From Eledone cirrhosa (lineage: Eukaryota), in contig OZ024744.1 in the NCBI GenBank assembly GCA_964016885.1, positions 44,330,001 to 44,394,000 on the forward strand: a DNA stretch of 64,000 nucleotides, given 5' to 3'. Under the pieces are notes generated by a model. That model made no database searches. It saw only the letters and a list, made by a program, of their open reading frames with translations, and was not told the origin of the DNA. The translations under genes were made by a program, and so were the position numbers. This document shows positions 26,151-40,766 of the stretch, in pieces. The first letter of the stretch is position 1. Each line of letters begins with the position of its first letter.

Positions 26151-26750
26151 TAGGGCTTCTAGCCCCATATTTACACACCCCATACACACACACGCACACA
26201 CACACACGCTTACACCTCCACTTATTCTCTCTCACACATACACACACAAAACCAGTTCTAACACCAGATAACACATATCCCCACATTTACGAAGAGACTT
26301 ATCTTCTGACACTCACACACACACACTCACATACTTACACCTTCATGCATTCTCCCACACACTTAAACAGGCATGTATATAAAAAATTAAAAAAACCCTA
26401 AACAAACCCCTTTTAAAGGGAGACTACTCTTTATCCACCTAATTTTAACTCTTTGACATTAGAGATAGAACAGATACTCTATACTATTTCCTGTCAGTAT
26501 GGCTTGGCAAGATATTTAGAACGCTGGTTTGAGACATTTATTTCCCTCTGAAGAAGAGATATTATCTCGAAAATTAAGAACGTTTAAAATAAATCTAAGG
26601 TAAAAGACGAATTGTCAACAATATCTTTTGCAATTGCATTCTTTTTTCTATGTCCATACCTGCATTGTTTTGGCTTTATTATACATATTCAAACGTTTAT
26701 ACCTCATTACACAATGCTTCAAGTGAACTATAACCTCCTCCTATATATAA

Positions 26751-26856
<106 letters not shown>

Positions 26857-26900
26857 GTATATATGTATATATATGTTTATATGTATATATATATATATAT

Positions 26901-27105
26901 CTAGGGCGGGTAAAATTCCCGAGATCCATGGACGAGTTCTCTCCAGCGGTCTCTGTCCATAATTATCGCTGCCATGTCCTGCGTCTCCAACAGACCAGTG
27001 TCTGTCCTTAGGCCATCAACATACGTTAACCTTGGTCTTCCTCTTCCAGTGTGTCCATGTAGGGGCTCCCACAGGAGTACTGAGTGCAATGTCAACTCTG
27101 GATGT
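26901..27105 (-). mobile_element. 3' end of an RTE-clade LINE
   Basis: VLLWEPLHG...[15 protein letters not shown].......[10 protein letters not shown] is the typical RTE C-terminus; the stop runs directly into (TA)n. Confidence 0.8.
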
Positions 27106-30100
27106 CCTTAATTGTAAGTTGTGATGTTGCTATTCCATTCATGTTTTCTATTTAATTTTGGTTGGAGTTCATTTATATTTATTGCCTCTGTGATTTGTCT
27201 AAACATTGCGCCTTTTCTATGTTCTCTAATTTACCCTTATGTTCTATTTTAGCATGTTGGCGGAGTACAGATGATTCTTTACTATCTTGAAGCTCGCGCC
27301 AGTGTTCACTTATCCGTTCTCCTATACTACGAGCTGTCTCACGTACGTACATTATATTCTTATCTCTATATTGTCCTTCAGTATATCTTATGCTCTATAC
27401 TACATTTCTAGTTTTACAGTTAATATTGGTGCTTAGTTTTCAGATTATACATTTATTATGTATACAGGGATGTCTTTGAACAGGGTATGTATTACTAATA
27501 AGTGTTTTTATGGAGGTACCTTGTCTTTCTACTATCTTAATATTGAGTTTATGTTTGTCTAGGGCCCTTCTAAATTTGTAAGCTAATTCACCTCTAGGGG
27601 TTGTATTGATGAATATTACACTCTGGTATTTATTGCTATCATACCATGAGTTTATTCTATTAACCTTATTCCTATTTCTTTCTATTCTATTCCAAAATTT
27701 GCTCCTATATAAGGGGCAGGTCCCATTTGTATCATTATTTACCTTTTTTTCCCATTTGGTTCTGGCTCCTCTATATACTCTGATTTTATCTCTCTGTTTG
27801 TAACCAGAGAACTGCATACGGTGGATGAACTGTTGTATGTGTCTCTAGTTCTTTGGGGTTGCACATGCGGGATACGTTTCTCATCACCCGTACCAAATCC
27901 GCGATCAGTATGTTGATTTTGGTATGGTCCGAAACAGCTGAGTTTCGATGGATCAGATATTTGGAAGTCATGGGTTTTGCATAATGGGAATGGAGGATTT
28001 GTTTTTTGTTATTAATAGTTTCTAACCAGAGCTCTGTGTCTAGTACAGGTAATCGATGGTTGGTGTGTTTGTTGGGTAGTCTATAGTAACTCTAATACTC
28101 TGGTGGATGGAGTTAGCTATTTGCTGGATGCTTTCCATGGTGTTTTTCTCTAATTCCTGACTGTTCTCTAGTGGGGGTGTTTTTACTACGATGTTTATAT
28201 CATCAACGCAGCGGGAGTACATTATCAGGGTTAAGAGGTTGCTGTCTTCTAATTGTTCTTTAAGTTTAAGTTTAAGTCTATTGTCCCACCATACCATGAA
28301 TAGGTTAGCTATGTCACCTGCAATGCTAACACCAATGGCTGCTCCCTCCTCTTGGGCCTATGTTTTTCCATTAAATTTGAACATATGTTCCTTAAGGGTT
28401 AATTTTATACTGGCCCCCCACCGCATGTGCAATCATTTTCTTTAGTTCATCGTGGTTTTAGTTCATCTTGGCCATTGAGGTAATAGTAGGTGGTCTGCAT
28501 CTTGCTGGTCCAGTAGGGCACAGGTTGCTAAGGTCATATGTATCTTGATAATCATTACTCTAGGTAAGTTTAAGTAGGAGTCCCAGCTCACTGGTATCAA
28601 TCCCACGGAACTCAACATTGTTCTCACCGATCATTTCTACGCATTTCTCCACAGCAAAATCCACGTCAATGGATGGATATAGGGACACATCATCCATACT
28701 TCCTATTATACAGTTTGTTAGGTCCCTAGGTCGGTTACTTTCGCTGATTCTGCTTTTAACAAACGCACGCAATTGCCGTCGCAGGTCGATGGACAAACAG
28801 AAGCACAATTTAGTATAGCTAGATCTAAACTTACAAATATTATAGAACAGTATAACAAGAAGCAAAATAGAATGGAGGCCCAGCATCTGCGAGAAGAATC
28901 TGTAAATGGCTTGCGTAAGCTCATGCAGCGCTCACGTAATGGAGAGATAGCATGCTTTCCAACAGACAAGTCTGGCAGAATGTCGGTTGACAGTCTGTCA
29001 AACTACATCCAGGCAATGCAACCCACATCATTATAACAAGAGAAGTAACACCACAAGAGCATGAGGATAGGGAGAATTCCCTCAATGCCCATATGATGAT
29101 GTGGACAAACATAATGCAGCCCAATAAAAGGACTGCCAACAACTTCCAGGCCTGGAACAATGACGTGCCAGCGTTGTATGGGCTTCGAAAGGACCATAAA
29201 ACGAGCAGTTACCCTGACACAGGACCACCAACACGGCCAATCTGTGGAGCTAACATTGCTAGTACCACAGACTTTCCTACTTCCTCTCCCTGATCATACG
29301 TCCCATCATGTCCCCAGATATATGTGACAGCACGGAAGACCTCCTCAGAAGAATCAGCGAAAGTAACCGATCTAGGGACCTAACAAACTGTATAATAGGA
29401 AGTATGGATGTTGTGTCCCTATATCCATCCATTGACGTGGATTTTGCTGTGGAGAAATGCGTAGAAATGATTGGTTAGAGCAATGTTTAATTCCGTGGTA
29501 TTGATACCAGTGAGCTGGGGCTCCTACTTAAACTTACCTATAGTAATTATTAACGAGATACATATGACCTTAGCAACCTGTCCCCTATAAGACCAGCAAG
29601 AGGTAGACCACCTACCATTACCCCAATAGCCAAGAAAACCCACACAGATAGATGGAACGGGTGGACAAGAGACATAGGGACCCCCGAAAACCACGATGAA
29701 CTAAAGAAAATGATTGCACATGCGGTGGGGGGCCAGTATAAAATTAACCCTTAAGGAACATATGTTTAAATTTAATGGAAAAACATATGCCCAAGAGGAG
29801 GGAGCAGCTATTGGTGTTAGCATTGCAGGTGACATAGCTAACCTATTCATGGTATGGTAGGACAATAGACTTAAACTTAAACTTAAAGAACAATTAGAAG
29901 ACAGCAACCTCTTAACCCTGATAATGTACTCCCGCTGCGTTGATGATATAAACATCGTAGTAAAAACACCCCCACTAGAGAACAGTCAGGAATTAGAGAA
30001 AAACACCGTGGAAAGCATCCAGCAAATAGCTAACTCCATCCACCAGAGTATTAGAGTTACTATAGACTACCCAAGCAAACACCACAACCATCGATTACCT

Positions 30101-30547
30101 GTACTAGACACAGAGCTCTGGTTAGAAACCATTAATAACAAAAAAACAAATCCTCCATTCCTATTATGCAAAACCCATGACTTCCAAATATCTGATCCAT
30201 CGAAACTCAGCTGTTTCGGACCACACTAAAATCAACATACTGATTGCGGATTTGGTACGGGTGATGAGAAACGTGTCCCGCATGTGCAACCCCAAAGAAC
30301 TAGAGACACATACAACACTACATCCACCGTATGCAGTTCTCTGGTTACAATCAGAGAGATAAAATCAGAGTATATAGAGGAGCCAGAACCAAATGGGGAA
30401 AAATGTTAAATAATGATACAAATGGGACCTGCCCCTTGTATAGGAACAAATTTTGGAATAGAATAGAAAGAACTAGGAATAAGGTTAATAGAATAAACTC
30501 ATGGTATGATAGCAATAAATACCAGAGTGTAATGTTCATCAATACAG
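27106..30547. mobile_element. Penelope-like element family B copy 2, head-to-head inverted dimer, decayed
   Basis: Minus arm 27106-~28760 and plus arm ~28765-30547; ~27600-28755 mirrors ~29345-30545. Motifs TDKSG, LYGLRKDHK, TRPICG, SMD(V)VSLYPSI, RCVDD. Confidence 0.9.
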
Positions 30548-31569
30548 ACCAGACCCCTTCTTCCTCCCGTTAGACCTGTGCGAAATTTCTTCCTTGCTCA
30601 CATTTCAAGCAGGATTGATGGTCTTTATTCTCTCGTTCACGATTTCACCGAATTTAAATTCATAGAAATCTGGGACTTGTCTCTTTCTTCCTCACTTTCT
30701 GTTGCTTCACCATTTTGTTTGTTTACCCTCGCGTCCCCTTTATTTACGTGTCCCAACGACCTTTTTTTAGCCGTTGCTCGCACCAACCGGAGGTATATGG
30801 TCTTTAAAGCGATGAAATGCCTATGATGGTTGGAAGATCACTGATGAAGGACAAACTTTTTTCATATATATATATATATATATACATATGTGGCAAGGGC
30901 CGTAACTCTATGTGTCAAATCATGGTGTCCAACCCTCTACTGATACTGCCAATTCACCTAAAATATAATAAAATATAATACCATGCATATATCACCATCA
31001 ATACATATAATATATTTTGTTCATTTATTATCCAAATTAATTTTAAAAATTCGCTTTATGAAAGCTTTGTTATTCTTAATTTTCATTTATTTCTTAGAAT
31101 CCAACTCTGGTTATATTTACTCTCTATAATTTTATATCATTTAATGAATGGTTATATTTACTTCTGTATTTAATTATTCTGATATATAGTTTCCTTTTAA
31201 TGATAGTCTATGTATTATTAAATTTCATATTTCATATTTAATATGTTTTATCAAGTTAGTCAAAAAGAAATGTTTACGGACAATGTAAACAAAAGGAAGA
31301 TAACTCATTCACGATATACAAGTTTTTATAGTTTATAGGGAATGGCTACTTTCACGTCCGGCGATATTTTAAAAGCCTTAAATTATCTATTGTATATATC
31401 GTAATTGATGCCTAATTAAATATTAAACTATCCTAATCAAAGCATAGGATAAAAAGACCCTTAATGAAATGATTCCATTACAATGTTGAGTGCTTCTAAT
31501 CTATTGTAATATTGTATTCGTTGAGTAATCAAAGAACCATTTTAATCTTTGATTATATACACACACACA

Positions 31570-33761
31570 CACATATATTACCGCCCTCTACCCTCCGATC
31601 CCACCCCCCTCTACCAACAACAAGTCTCCTCCACCATCAAAGACCTTATCGCCTCCTCCCTCCCCCCTCCCACCGCTTCCCACCTCATCGTCCGCACCCC
31701 CCGCACCCCCACCATCTACTTCCTCCCCAAACTCCACAAACCCGACAACCCCGGCCGCCCCATCGTCTCCGCTTGCAACTGCCCCACCGAACTCATCTCC
31801 GCCTTTCTCGACTCCACCCCCCCCCCTTGTCACCACCCTCCCCTCCCACATCTCTGACACCAACCACGCCCTGCGCCTTTTCGACTCCTTCACCTACCTA
31901 CCCGGCCCTCAGCCATTCCTCTTCACCCTAGACATCTAGTCCCTCTATACCGTCATCCCACACGCCGACGGCCTTCGCGCCCTCAAACACTACCTCGACC
32001 TTCGCCCCTCCCCCATTCCCTCCACCCCACCCTCCTTCGCCTCGCCGAGCTGGTCCTCACCCTAAATTGTTTCTCCTTCTCGGGTGAGTTTTACCAACAG
32101 GTCACGGGGGTAGCCATGGGCACAAGAATGGGCCCGAACTATGCCAACCTTTTTGTTGGCCATGTTGAGGCCCAAATCTTTGCCCAGTACACCGGCCCCA
32201 CGCCCGAACTGTACGGTCGTTACATTGACGACTGTATCGGAGCCACGACCCTCACCCGAGTACAGCTCGACTCCTTTCTCTCCTTCTTCTGCTCCTCCCA
32301 CCCCTCCCTCGACTTCACCACCTCTATCTCCACCACCCACGTCCACTTCTTGGACATCTCCGTCGCCTTCGACCCCTCCCACCACTCCCTCATCACCTCC
32401 GCCTTCTTCAAACCCACCGACTCCCACTCTTACCTCGACTTCACCTCTTCCCACCCCACCCACACTAAACTCTCCATTCCCTACTCCCAACTTCTCAAGA
32501 TCCGCCGCCTCTGTAGCCGAGATGCTGACTTCGAGTCCCAGGCCCTTTCCCTAGTCAGCCATTTCATCCGCAGAGGTTACCCCCCCCCCCCTCTCTCGTC
32601 CACACCGCTCTCACCGGCGCCCGTGCTATCCCCCGCTCCACCACCCTCACCCCACGCCACCGCACACCCACCATCTCCCCTTCCCCATCACCTACCACCC
32701 CTCCACCTTACCCCTCCACCGCACCATCCGCCGCCTCTTCCGACGCCTCCAGTCCGACCCCTCCACCTCCCACATCTTCCCAACCCCACCGCTCCCCTCC
32801 TTCAAACGCGCACGCAATCTCCGCACCCTCCTCGTCCACAGCTCCCTACCCCCCAACCCACGCCCTCCGGTTCCTTCCCCTGTTCTAGGCCCCGCTGCAA
32901 CACCTGTCCCCACATCACCAACACCACCACCTTCCAGGGTCCCAACGGCCACCCTCTCTCGGTCCGGCATGCCTTCCGCTGCACCTCCTCCAACCTAGTC
33001 TACGGACTTCGTTGCACGGAGTGCAGCGCGACTTATGTCGGACAGACGGGACGTCGCCTGGCGGACCGAGTCACGGAGCACCTCCGGGATATTCGTCTCG
33101 GGGGCAGTTCCCCCATCGCCCGCCACTTTGGTGGCCCTGGACACTCCGCACGCCATCTCACAGTCTGTGGCCTACTCCAGTGCCACGGAACACCCGCCCA
33201 TCGCCTTACGGTCGAACAACGCACTATCTTCATCTTACAGACCCACACTCCCCCCGGCCTGAACTCCCCACCCTTATTCCTTTAGCGTTCGACCGCCCCC
33301 CTCCCCCCACACTTATCCTCCACTAACACCACTAAAACACCCCTCCTTTTCACCGCCCACCCCACACTAACAATACTAACACCTCCACTCCACCCCTCAT
33401 CTGACCACCCTTCCCCAACTAACATACTAACATCCCTTCCCTCCCCTCTTCTCCTACTCCCCCTCCTTATCACACGCACACACGCACCCACTTACACCAC
33501 CCACCCCACACGCAACTAACATCACTAACACCCTCCAACCCCACGCACACGTACCCACACACCCTCGTACACCACCAACTCTACACACCCTACCCCCACT
33601 CACACATGCATTCCACCCCTCCCCACCTCCCGTATACTAACACCCACTAACACCTCTTCACCAAACTACACACACACCAGTACACCACACTCCCTCCATA
33701 GAACCACACACACCCTTCTCTCCCCGCTCCACACTCACTCATCCCACTAACACCCCTACTA

Positions 33762-33810
<49 letters not shown>

Positions 33811-34775
33811 CCTCACTCCAACTCTCACACCTACCCATCCTCGCCTCCCTACCATTCCGCCGACTGCTGCTATGCCCTTCCGACCACTGTCTCAGCACCA
33901 ACTGACCACAGCACTCCCACTGCTGACCACTTCCCGTTGCGCGCGCACCCCACATCTCTCCTCTTCCGACCACCGCTTCTTGGATTACCCACACGCGATA
34001 TTGACTTCTAACCAAAATCTCCAAACATCCGTGTAACTTACCAACTTTTCAACCATCCTCTTACACCATCACCTATATAACTCACCCACACACACACCCC
34101 CCAAAAAATATTTTTTATCCACACGCCACCCACACCCACAACACGCTTAAACCACACACACGTGCTTCCCACCACATATTCACACCCTCAGCCTCCTGAT
34201 TCCTCTCCCCCACCCCCCTATCCACACACGCACAGACCCTCCGACCCACAAAAACACCCCAACACACACCTTCATGAACATGCAACCCCGTTCTTCCCCC
34301 AACCCTCACTTTCACATACACACACACACACGCACACCTAACCACACACACCACCTTCAGCCCTCCCCGCTCGGACACCCCGTCTCCCTCTCCCACTCCA
34401 CCCGCCACCACCCCTACTCACCCCACAACCTTCCACCACCTGTTTACCCCCCTTTTAATTTCAGTTTATTTTGATCATGCCTTTATTTTTAAATTTTCTC
34501 ATTCCTTGTATTTTGATCATGCTTTAATTTTATTTATTATTTATTATATTTTTGTCTTTATTTGTTAATTTTTCATTCGCACCGTTTCCTTTCGTTATAT
34601 GTCTCTCCACCACTCCCCTACACACCTTTTGAACTCTGTTCCCACACACTTCTCACCTGAAGAAGGGCTTATGCCCGAAACGTCGTCCCCCACCTACCCC
34701 CCACTCTCCTGAGCGTGAATTTAATAAACATTTATCGTACTGCCTCTCTGTTCTGTCCCTGTTCAATTTTTCATT
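31570..34775 (+). mobile_element. Penelope-like element family E (Neptune-like), extremely C-rich, 5'-truncated; coding remnant 31570-33285
   Basis: LPKLHK, GRPIVS, LDI*SLYT, GVAMG, RYIDD, CSRPRCNTC, LVYGLRC..C...YVGQTGRRLADR..EH; frameshifts at C runs; long 3'UTR, HHR, AATAAA, (TA)n. Confidence 0.92.
34655..34686 (+). ncRNA. Minimal hammerhead ribozyme at PLE-E 3' end
   Basis: ac-CTGAAGA-a-gggc-ttat-gccc-GAAA-cg-TC-gt; weak stem I. Confidence 0.75.
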
Positions 34776-34781
34776 ATATAT

Positions 34782-34809
<28 letters not shown>

Positions 34810-34830
<21 letters not shown>

Positions 34831-35672
34831 TATGTATAAGTACATACATATATGTATACAGACATACAGTAGTATGTATATACATACATACATGCACACA
34901 TATATTAATGTACGTATGGGTTTACCGAACATTTATTATAATGCTCGGTTTGTTTGTAAACAAACAGCCCGAATTAAGCCGTACAGTGTTCGGCAACCAT
35001 CGTTGCCCTTCTGTTCAACACTGACAAAGGAACGATGAACTAGTTTCTAGCTTCTTAGCTGTCATCAGCACCGTATACCTTCCTGTCAATCGATTGAACG
35101 TTTGAAACCCATACGTACATATATATATGTGTGCATGTATGTATATACATACTGCTATACGTCTGTATACATATATGTATGTACGAATACATAATTATAT
35201 TTAAGTAACAGCCGTACTAAGAGTGAGAAATGAAATTTCATTTTTTCCATTTATCGTTTTCGGTGCACCTGGCCGACTAATTCACTCGATATGCAAATTA
35301 GGCTGCTCAGCCGTTAATATGCATAATGAAAGTATATACTTTCAAACTTCAATCGATTGACAGGAAGGTATACGGTGCTGATGACAGCTAAGAAGCTAGA
35401 AACTAGTTCATCGTTCCTTTTTCAGTGTTGAACAAATGAGCAACGATGGTTGCCGAACATTGTACGGCTTAATTCGGGCTGTTTGTTTACAAACAAACCG
35501 AACATTATAATAAATGTTCGGTAAACCCATACGTACATATATGTATGTGTGCATGTATGTATTATATACATACTACTGTACGTCTGTATACATATATGTA
35601 TGTACGTATACATACTTATATTTAAGTATCAGCCGTATTAAGAGTGAGAAATGAAATTTCATTTTTTTCCAT
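34810..35672. mobile_element. Diverged relative of the 5521-7193 HHR repeat: inverted partial unit plus ~1.4 direct units (~418-bp period)
   Basis: Shares gagtgagaaatgaaatttc, atatgcaaattaggctgctcagccgttaa and the HHR (35033-35073 -, 35373-35413 +: cggtg-CTGATGA-c-agct-aaga-agct-a-GAAA-ctag-TT-catcg). Confidence 0.88.
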
Positions 35673-35694
35673 TAATATATATATATATATATAT

Positions 35695-38474
35695 TAGGGC
35701 GTTCCAGAATCCCACATTTTATACAAAAGTGTCTTTTTCTTAGCTCCCTGGGCATTTTCTCCTACAATTTTGTATATTATCAATTTATAATGTAATTTTG
35801 ATTATTTCAGACTAATTTAAGCCTCGCCTAATAGTTGCAAATTGACAGAATAATGACGGAAACCAGTGGGCCTAGTTGTAGCTACTCGCTCCGTTGTGAT
35901 GATCGAAAAACATGGCTCCTGGGGCAATATGTTACAGCCTTTTCACCAAACAAAATACCAAGAAAGGGGGATGTTCTAAGATATTTCTTCTACCTGAAAG
36001 ATGGTCCTATGAAACACGAAAAGCATGTGAGCTTCAATGGTGCTATTGCGGATAGGCTTGTGATGGAAGTAGTTAGTCAGTGGGGAAAAGCTGGTGTGGC
36101 GACTCAACGAAAAGACAAAGTGAAACTGAAAATTATGAACATGTACAGTGAATACAGAAATTTACAAAAAAAACAAAGGTTCTAAGTCAAACAATGAAAA
36201 GGAAGCACTATTTATTTCTGAAATGGATTCGTATTTCTACATTGCACATACTGATACAGAAAAGAAAATTTTGAAAGACCGTCTTCGTAATAATGAACAG
36301 AAAATGGAAGATGCTACATTTCTCGAAGCCCTGCGTTGCCAGAAAAAAGTATCTCTGGGTGCTGAAGACAAGGGTTACCAGAAAAAGGTATCTTCAAAGT
36401 TTAAGCGTGATCAGGTTTCTGTGGCTCGTCGAGAGTCAGAGAACCATAGAAAGCGTTTGTCAGGATCTGCAGCAGCACAACTTCCACGTAATGAACTGAG
36501 TGATTGAAGTTCAACCAATGATGAAACTGCAGATGGATAGGATCCTGAAGTTCAGGCCTCAAAGCCACCCAGAGACAGCGCAAAGTCAGACAAGAAACGA
36601 AAACTTCAGCTGGAACACCCAAAGAATCCATTTCAAAATCCAAAACTTTCTCTAATGGCTGATCGTTTAAACCTGACACTGGTCCAGAGAACAGCATTTA
36701 TGGCATCGATTATTTCTGAGGGTGGGACTGACATAGACGCCACAACTCTTTCCAATCGCAGACGTGCAGCTAAGAAGATCAGAACTGTGAGGGCTGAACA
36801 GATAAAGGAACAATTAGCTGTACCAGACTTTGTTACCTTGCATTTGGATGGCAAAATAATTTCTGGTGACCACGAGAGGCTAGGTGTGCTAGTTGCTGGA
36901 ACTCCGGACTTCAGAGAAGGTAAACTCCTCGGTGTTCCCATAATTCCTGATGGCACTGGAACCACCCAAGCCAAAGCATCATTTGATATTGTTAAAGATT
37001 GGAATGTTGATGGGTCTGTGGTGGGCTTGGTCTTCGACAGAACTGCTTCGAATTCTGGATGGAAAAATGGTGCCTGCGTGAAACTAGAAGAGATGCTCAA
37101 CAAAAAGGTGTTTTATTTTGCTTGTCGGCACCATGTCATGGAGCGTATCTTGTGTGCAGTGTGGCAACAAATATTCGGAGCAATGTCCAGTCCAGACACC
37201 CCAGAGTTCAAGGAGTTCAAAAAGGATTGGGTGTCCCTCACAGACAAGACCAACTTTAAAACATTGAACATTGTCGACCGGAGACTCAAGCGTCTGTGTT
37301 CTGAGAACATCAAGTTCCTGCAAGATTTGCTGACATCCGACGATGGGAAAATGAGTTCTCTTCCACGACTACCGAGAATGTGCCGAGTTGATGTTGATCT
37401 TGCTTGGTGTCACTCCTCCTCGTGGAATTCATTGGATGCTGCCTGGTGCACATCATAACGCTCGGTAGATGTCCACAATCATCTATAGTGCAAAGATGTA
37501 TGCATTTGGTGAGCAACTCAATTACGATCAAGCTAAAATGGAAAAGTTGCGCCGGATCTGTATGTTCAATGCTCTGTTCTACGTGCGATACTGGCTGACA
37601 GCAGTCATGTGTGCTGATGCACCATCCAATGACCTTCAATTCTACGTGGAGTTGACATAGTACAGTAAGGTTGACAGAGATCTCTCGCAGGCAGCCACTA
37701 CTGCTCTGAGTAGGCATCTTTGTTACCTGACAGAGGAAGCCATTCTGCTAGCGCTGTTTTCAAGTCGGGTCCAAGAGTCCGAGAAGAAACAAATAGCCCA
37801 ACGTCTTGTCAAAACGAAAACGTCTGGGCCTCCCGACCGTGGTGCTCCAGTATTTCCCGAGTTGAAGTCGTCCACGAAGCTGCCTCATCTAGTTGGGAAG
37901 AAATCAAGGCTTCTGTTCGATCTCCTTGGTCTCTACGATACATGGCTTGAGCTGTCACCTGCAACTTGGTCATCACAAGCGTCATATCAAAATGAAGGTG
38001 CTGTTGTTCACAATATCAAGGTAGTCAACGATCTGGCGGAGAGAGCAGTCAAGTTGATAACTGATTTTGTTGGCATCACCAAGAATGAGGAGGAGAAGCA
38101 GTGTGTTGTTCAAGTAGTCGAAGCTCATCATCGCAAGATTCCGGATCTCAAAAAAGAAACTCTGGAAAAAGTATGACTGGAGTTAACTTAACTGAACTTG
38201 TTTCTTCCTTGTACGCCTTTATATTCAAAGCTGGTTTACTAAACATAATGGATTAGTAAAGTAGACAATTATTGTATGGTCATATTTGGTTTCACATTTT
38301 CATGATTTCAAGCAACATAATCACACTACACACTATAAACACCATGATATAGGCAAGCCTCAAAAGAATTTATTTTATACAAAATATGTTTTATTTTACC
38401 AATTGGGGCATTTATAATGGGAAAATACACAGGGAACATTAGTATTATGACATTGGTTTTTATGGCACACACTA
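35695..38474 (+). mobile_element. hAT-superfamily (hATm-like) DNA transposon with decayed transposase (~35853-38176)
   Basis: Motifs LHLDGK, FDRTASNSG, ACRHH, VVNDLAERAVKLI; imperfect TIR TAGGGCGTTCC / GGCACACACTA (8/11); flanks atatatat / atatacat fit an 8-bp TSD. Confidence 0.8.
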
Positions 38475-38526
38475 ATATACATATATATATATATATGCAT
38501 AATATATATATCCATATATATGTATA

Positions 38527-38646
<120 letters not shown>

Positions 38647-38841
38647 GATAAATCTACCAAAAGTTTACGGTAGTGTCCAATCCGTATGAAGAACTCAATG
38701 TAATCCGGATATCATGAAAAGAAGAGATGCATTCAAAAATCACTTTCGGTGAAAGATAAACGGAATACAGAGTCAAGATAAAATATTAAAAAAATAATGA
38801 ATAAACAAAGAAACAGTTCCTTATATTAAACAAAAAAAATT

Positions 38842-38980
38842 CATTATTTTACGATCGTTTCTAGGACATATATGTGTTAGAATTGGTATGCATATTCAAA
38901 AGATCTATGTACAAAATTATACAAACTATCAAAGAAAATATACATACCTTCACATATATATGCTGTCTTCAGAAATAATG
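38842..38980 (-). ncRNA. Hammerhead ribozyme with ~104-nt stem II domain (mirror copy 45330-45468 + has GAAA>GAAG)
   Basis: cattattt-CTGAAGA-[~104 nt]-GAAA-cgatcg-TA-aaataatg; perfect 8-bp stem I. Confidence 0.8.
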
Positions 38981-39227
38981 ATGCATATTTATTGATAATA
39001 ACTACAATTCAAAATTACAGGTCTGTTTGGGAACAGATTTTAAATAGACCAATGAAATACATAAAAATTCATCAAGAAAATACAGTTAGGTGTGTGTATA
39101 TATGTATGTAAATCCGTTCACAGATGTGCATAAAAATGTATGTACATATGTATACGTATGTTGAAAAAGTGTATGTAAATATAAAAATTTAGGGCTAATG
39201 TATGTGTATGTTTACAATCTACAGACA

Positions 39228-39296
<69 letters not shown>

Positions 39297-39345
39297 TACA
39301 TGCATACACATACATATACATATACATACATATACATACATACAC

Positions 39346-39433
<88 letters not shown>

Positions 39434-39900
39434 GTATATATTATTATTATAACTATATGGATATTGAGGCGCTCACATAAACAAACCCACACACACTTAC
39501 ATTCAGATGCAGAAGTAAAGGAGGTAAGGGAGTAAGTAATTAAAGCAAAGTGTCAATCTCGACATACTTATAAAAATGTATCCATAAAGTTAGAAATAAA
39601 AAAAATTTTTTATAGAAGGAAAAACCTCAAAAAAAAGGGGAACAAAAAAATAGGGGGGGGTACGTACATACACAGACGCGAATGTCTCACAAAAGAAATA
39701 TAAAAAAACATAAAAAAACATAAAAGAGAGACATAAAATATACATGGTTATATACATACGCACATTTACACATCCATACGTTCGATATACATACATACGT
39801 ACAAACACACACATACACATACTTAACCTCACGCATATTAACCTGTTTATATGCATATACATAAAAATAAGTAAAACATATACCCATACATATAAATACA

Positions 39901-39964
<64 letters not shown>

Positions 39965-40136
39965 TATATATACATATATATACACACACATATATATACA
40001 TATATACATATATATATATATATACATATACATACATATATATATATATACACATACACACACACATACCCATGTATATATACACAACCACACACACAGA
40101 ACACACTCAGACATACATATATATAGAGACATACAT

Positions 40137-40191
<55 letters not shown>

Positions 40192-40766
40192 CACTCAGTC
40201 AGACACATATGCACATATATACACATACATACACACATCTCTACAAATACATATACATACACATACATACACATATATATACATATATATATATATATAA
40301 ACTCATACACACATATTTACATGCGCACATATGTATTTTTATACTCACATACAAACACACAAACATACATACACACTTACATACACATACATACATCCAC
40401 GCTTACAAATACAAATAATTATGGGGGGGGGGAAGGGGGATTAAAATTATTAGTGGGAAATAGTAAATATATAGGTTTCAAGGAACATAGAATATTAATC
40501 TGCAGTTAAATCATTATATGTGTTTACATAGTACACACACATATATACATGCGCACATATGTATTTTTATACACACATACAAACACACAAACATACATAC
40601 ACACTTACATACACATCCATACATCCACGCTTACAAATACAAATAATTATTGAGGGGGGGGGGATTAAAATTATTAGTGGGAAATAGTAAATATATAGGT
40701 TTCAAGGAACATAGAATATTAATCTGCAGTTAAATCATAATATGTGTTTACATAGTTGTATCAGTT

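Noticed and set aside
30835-30865. Hammerhead at ctgatgaaggac
   Set aside because: Only the 5' box is present; no closing stem II, GAAA or UH before the TA tract.
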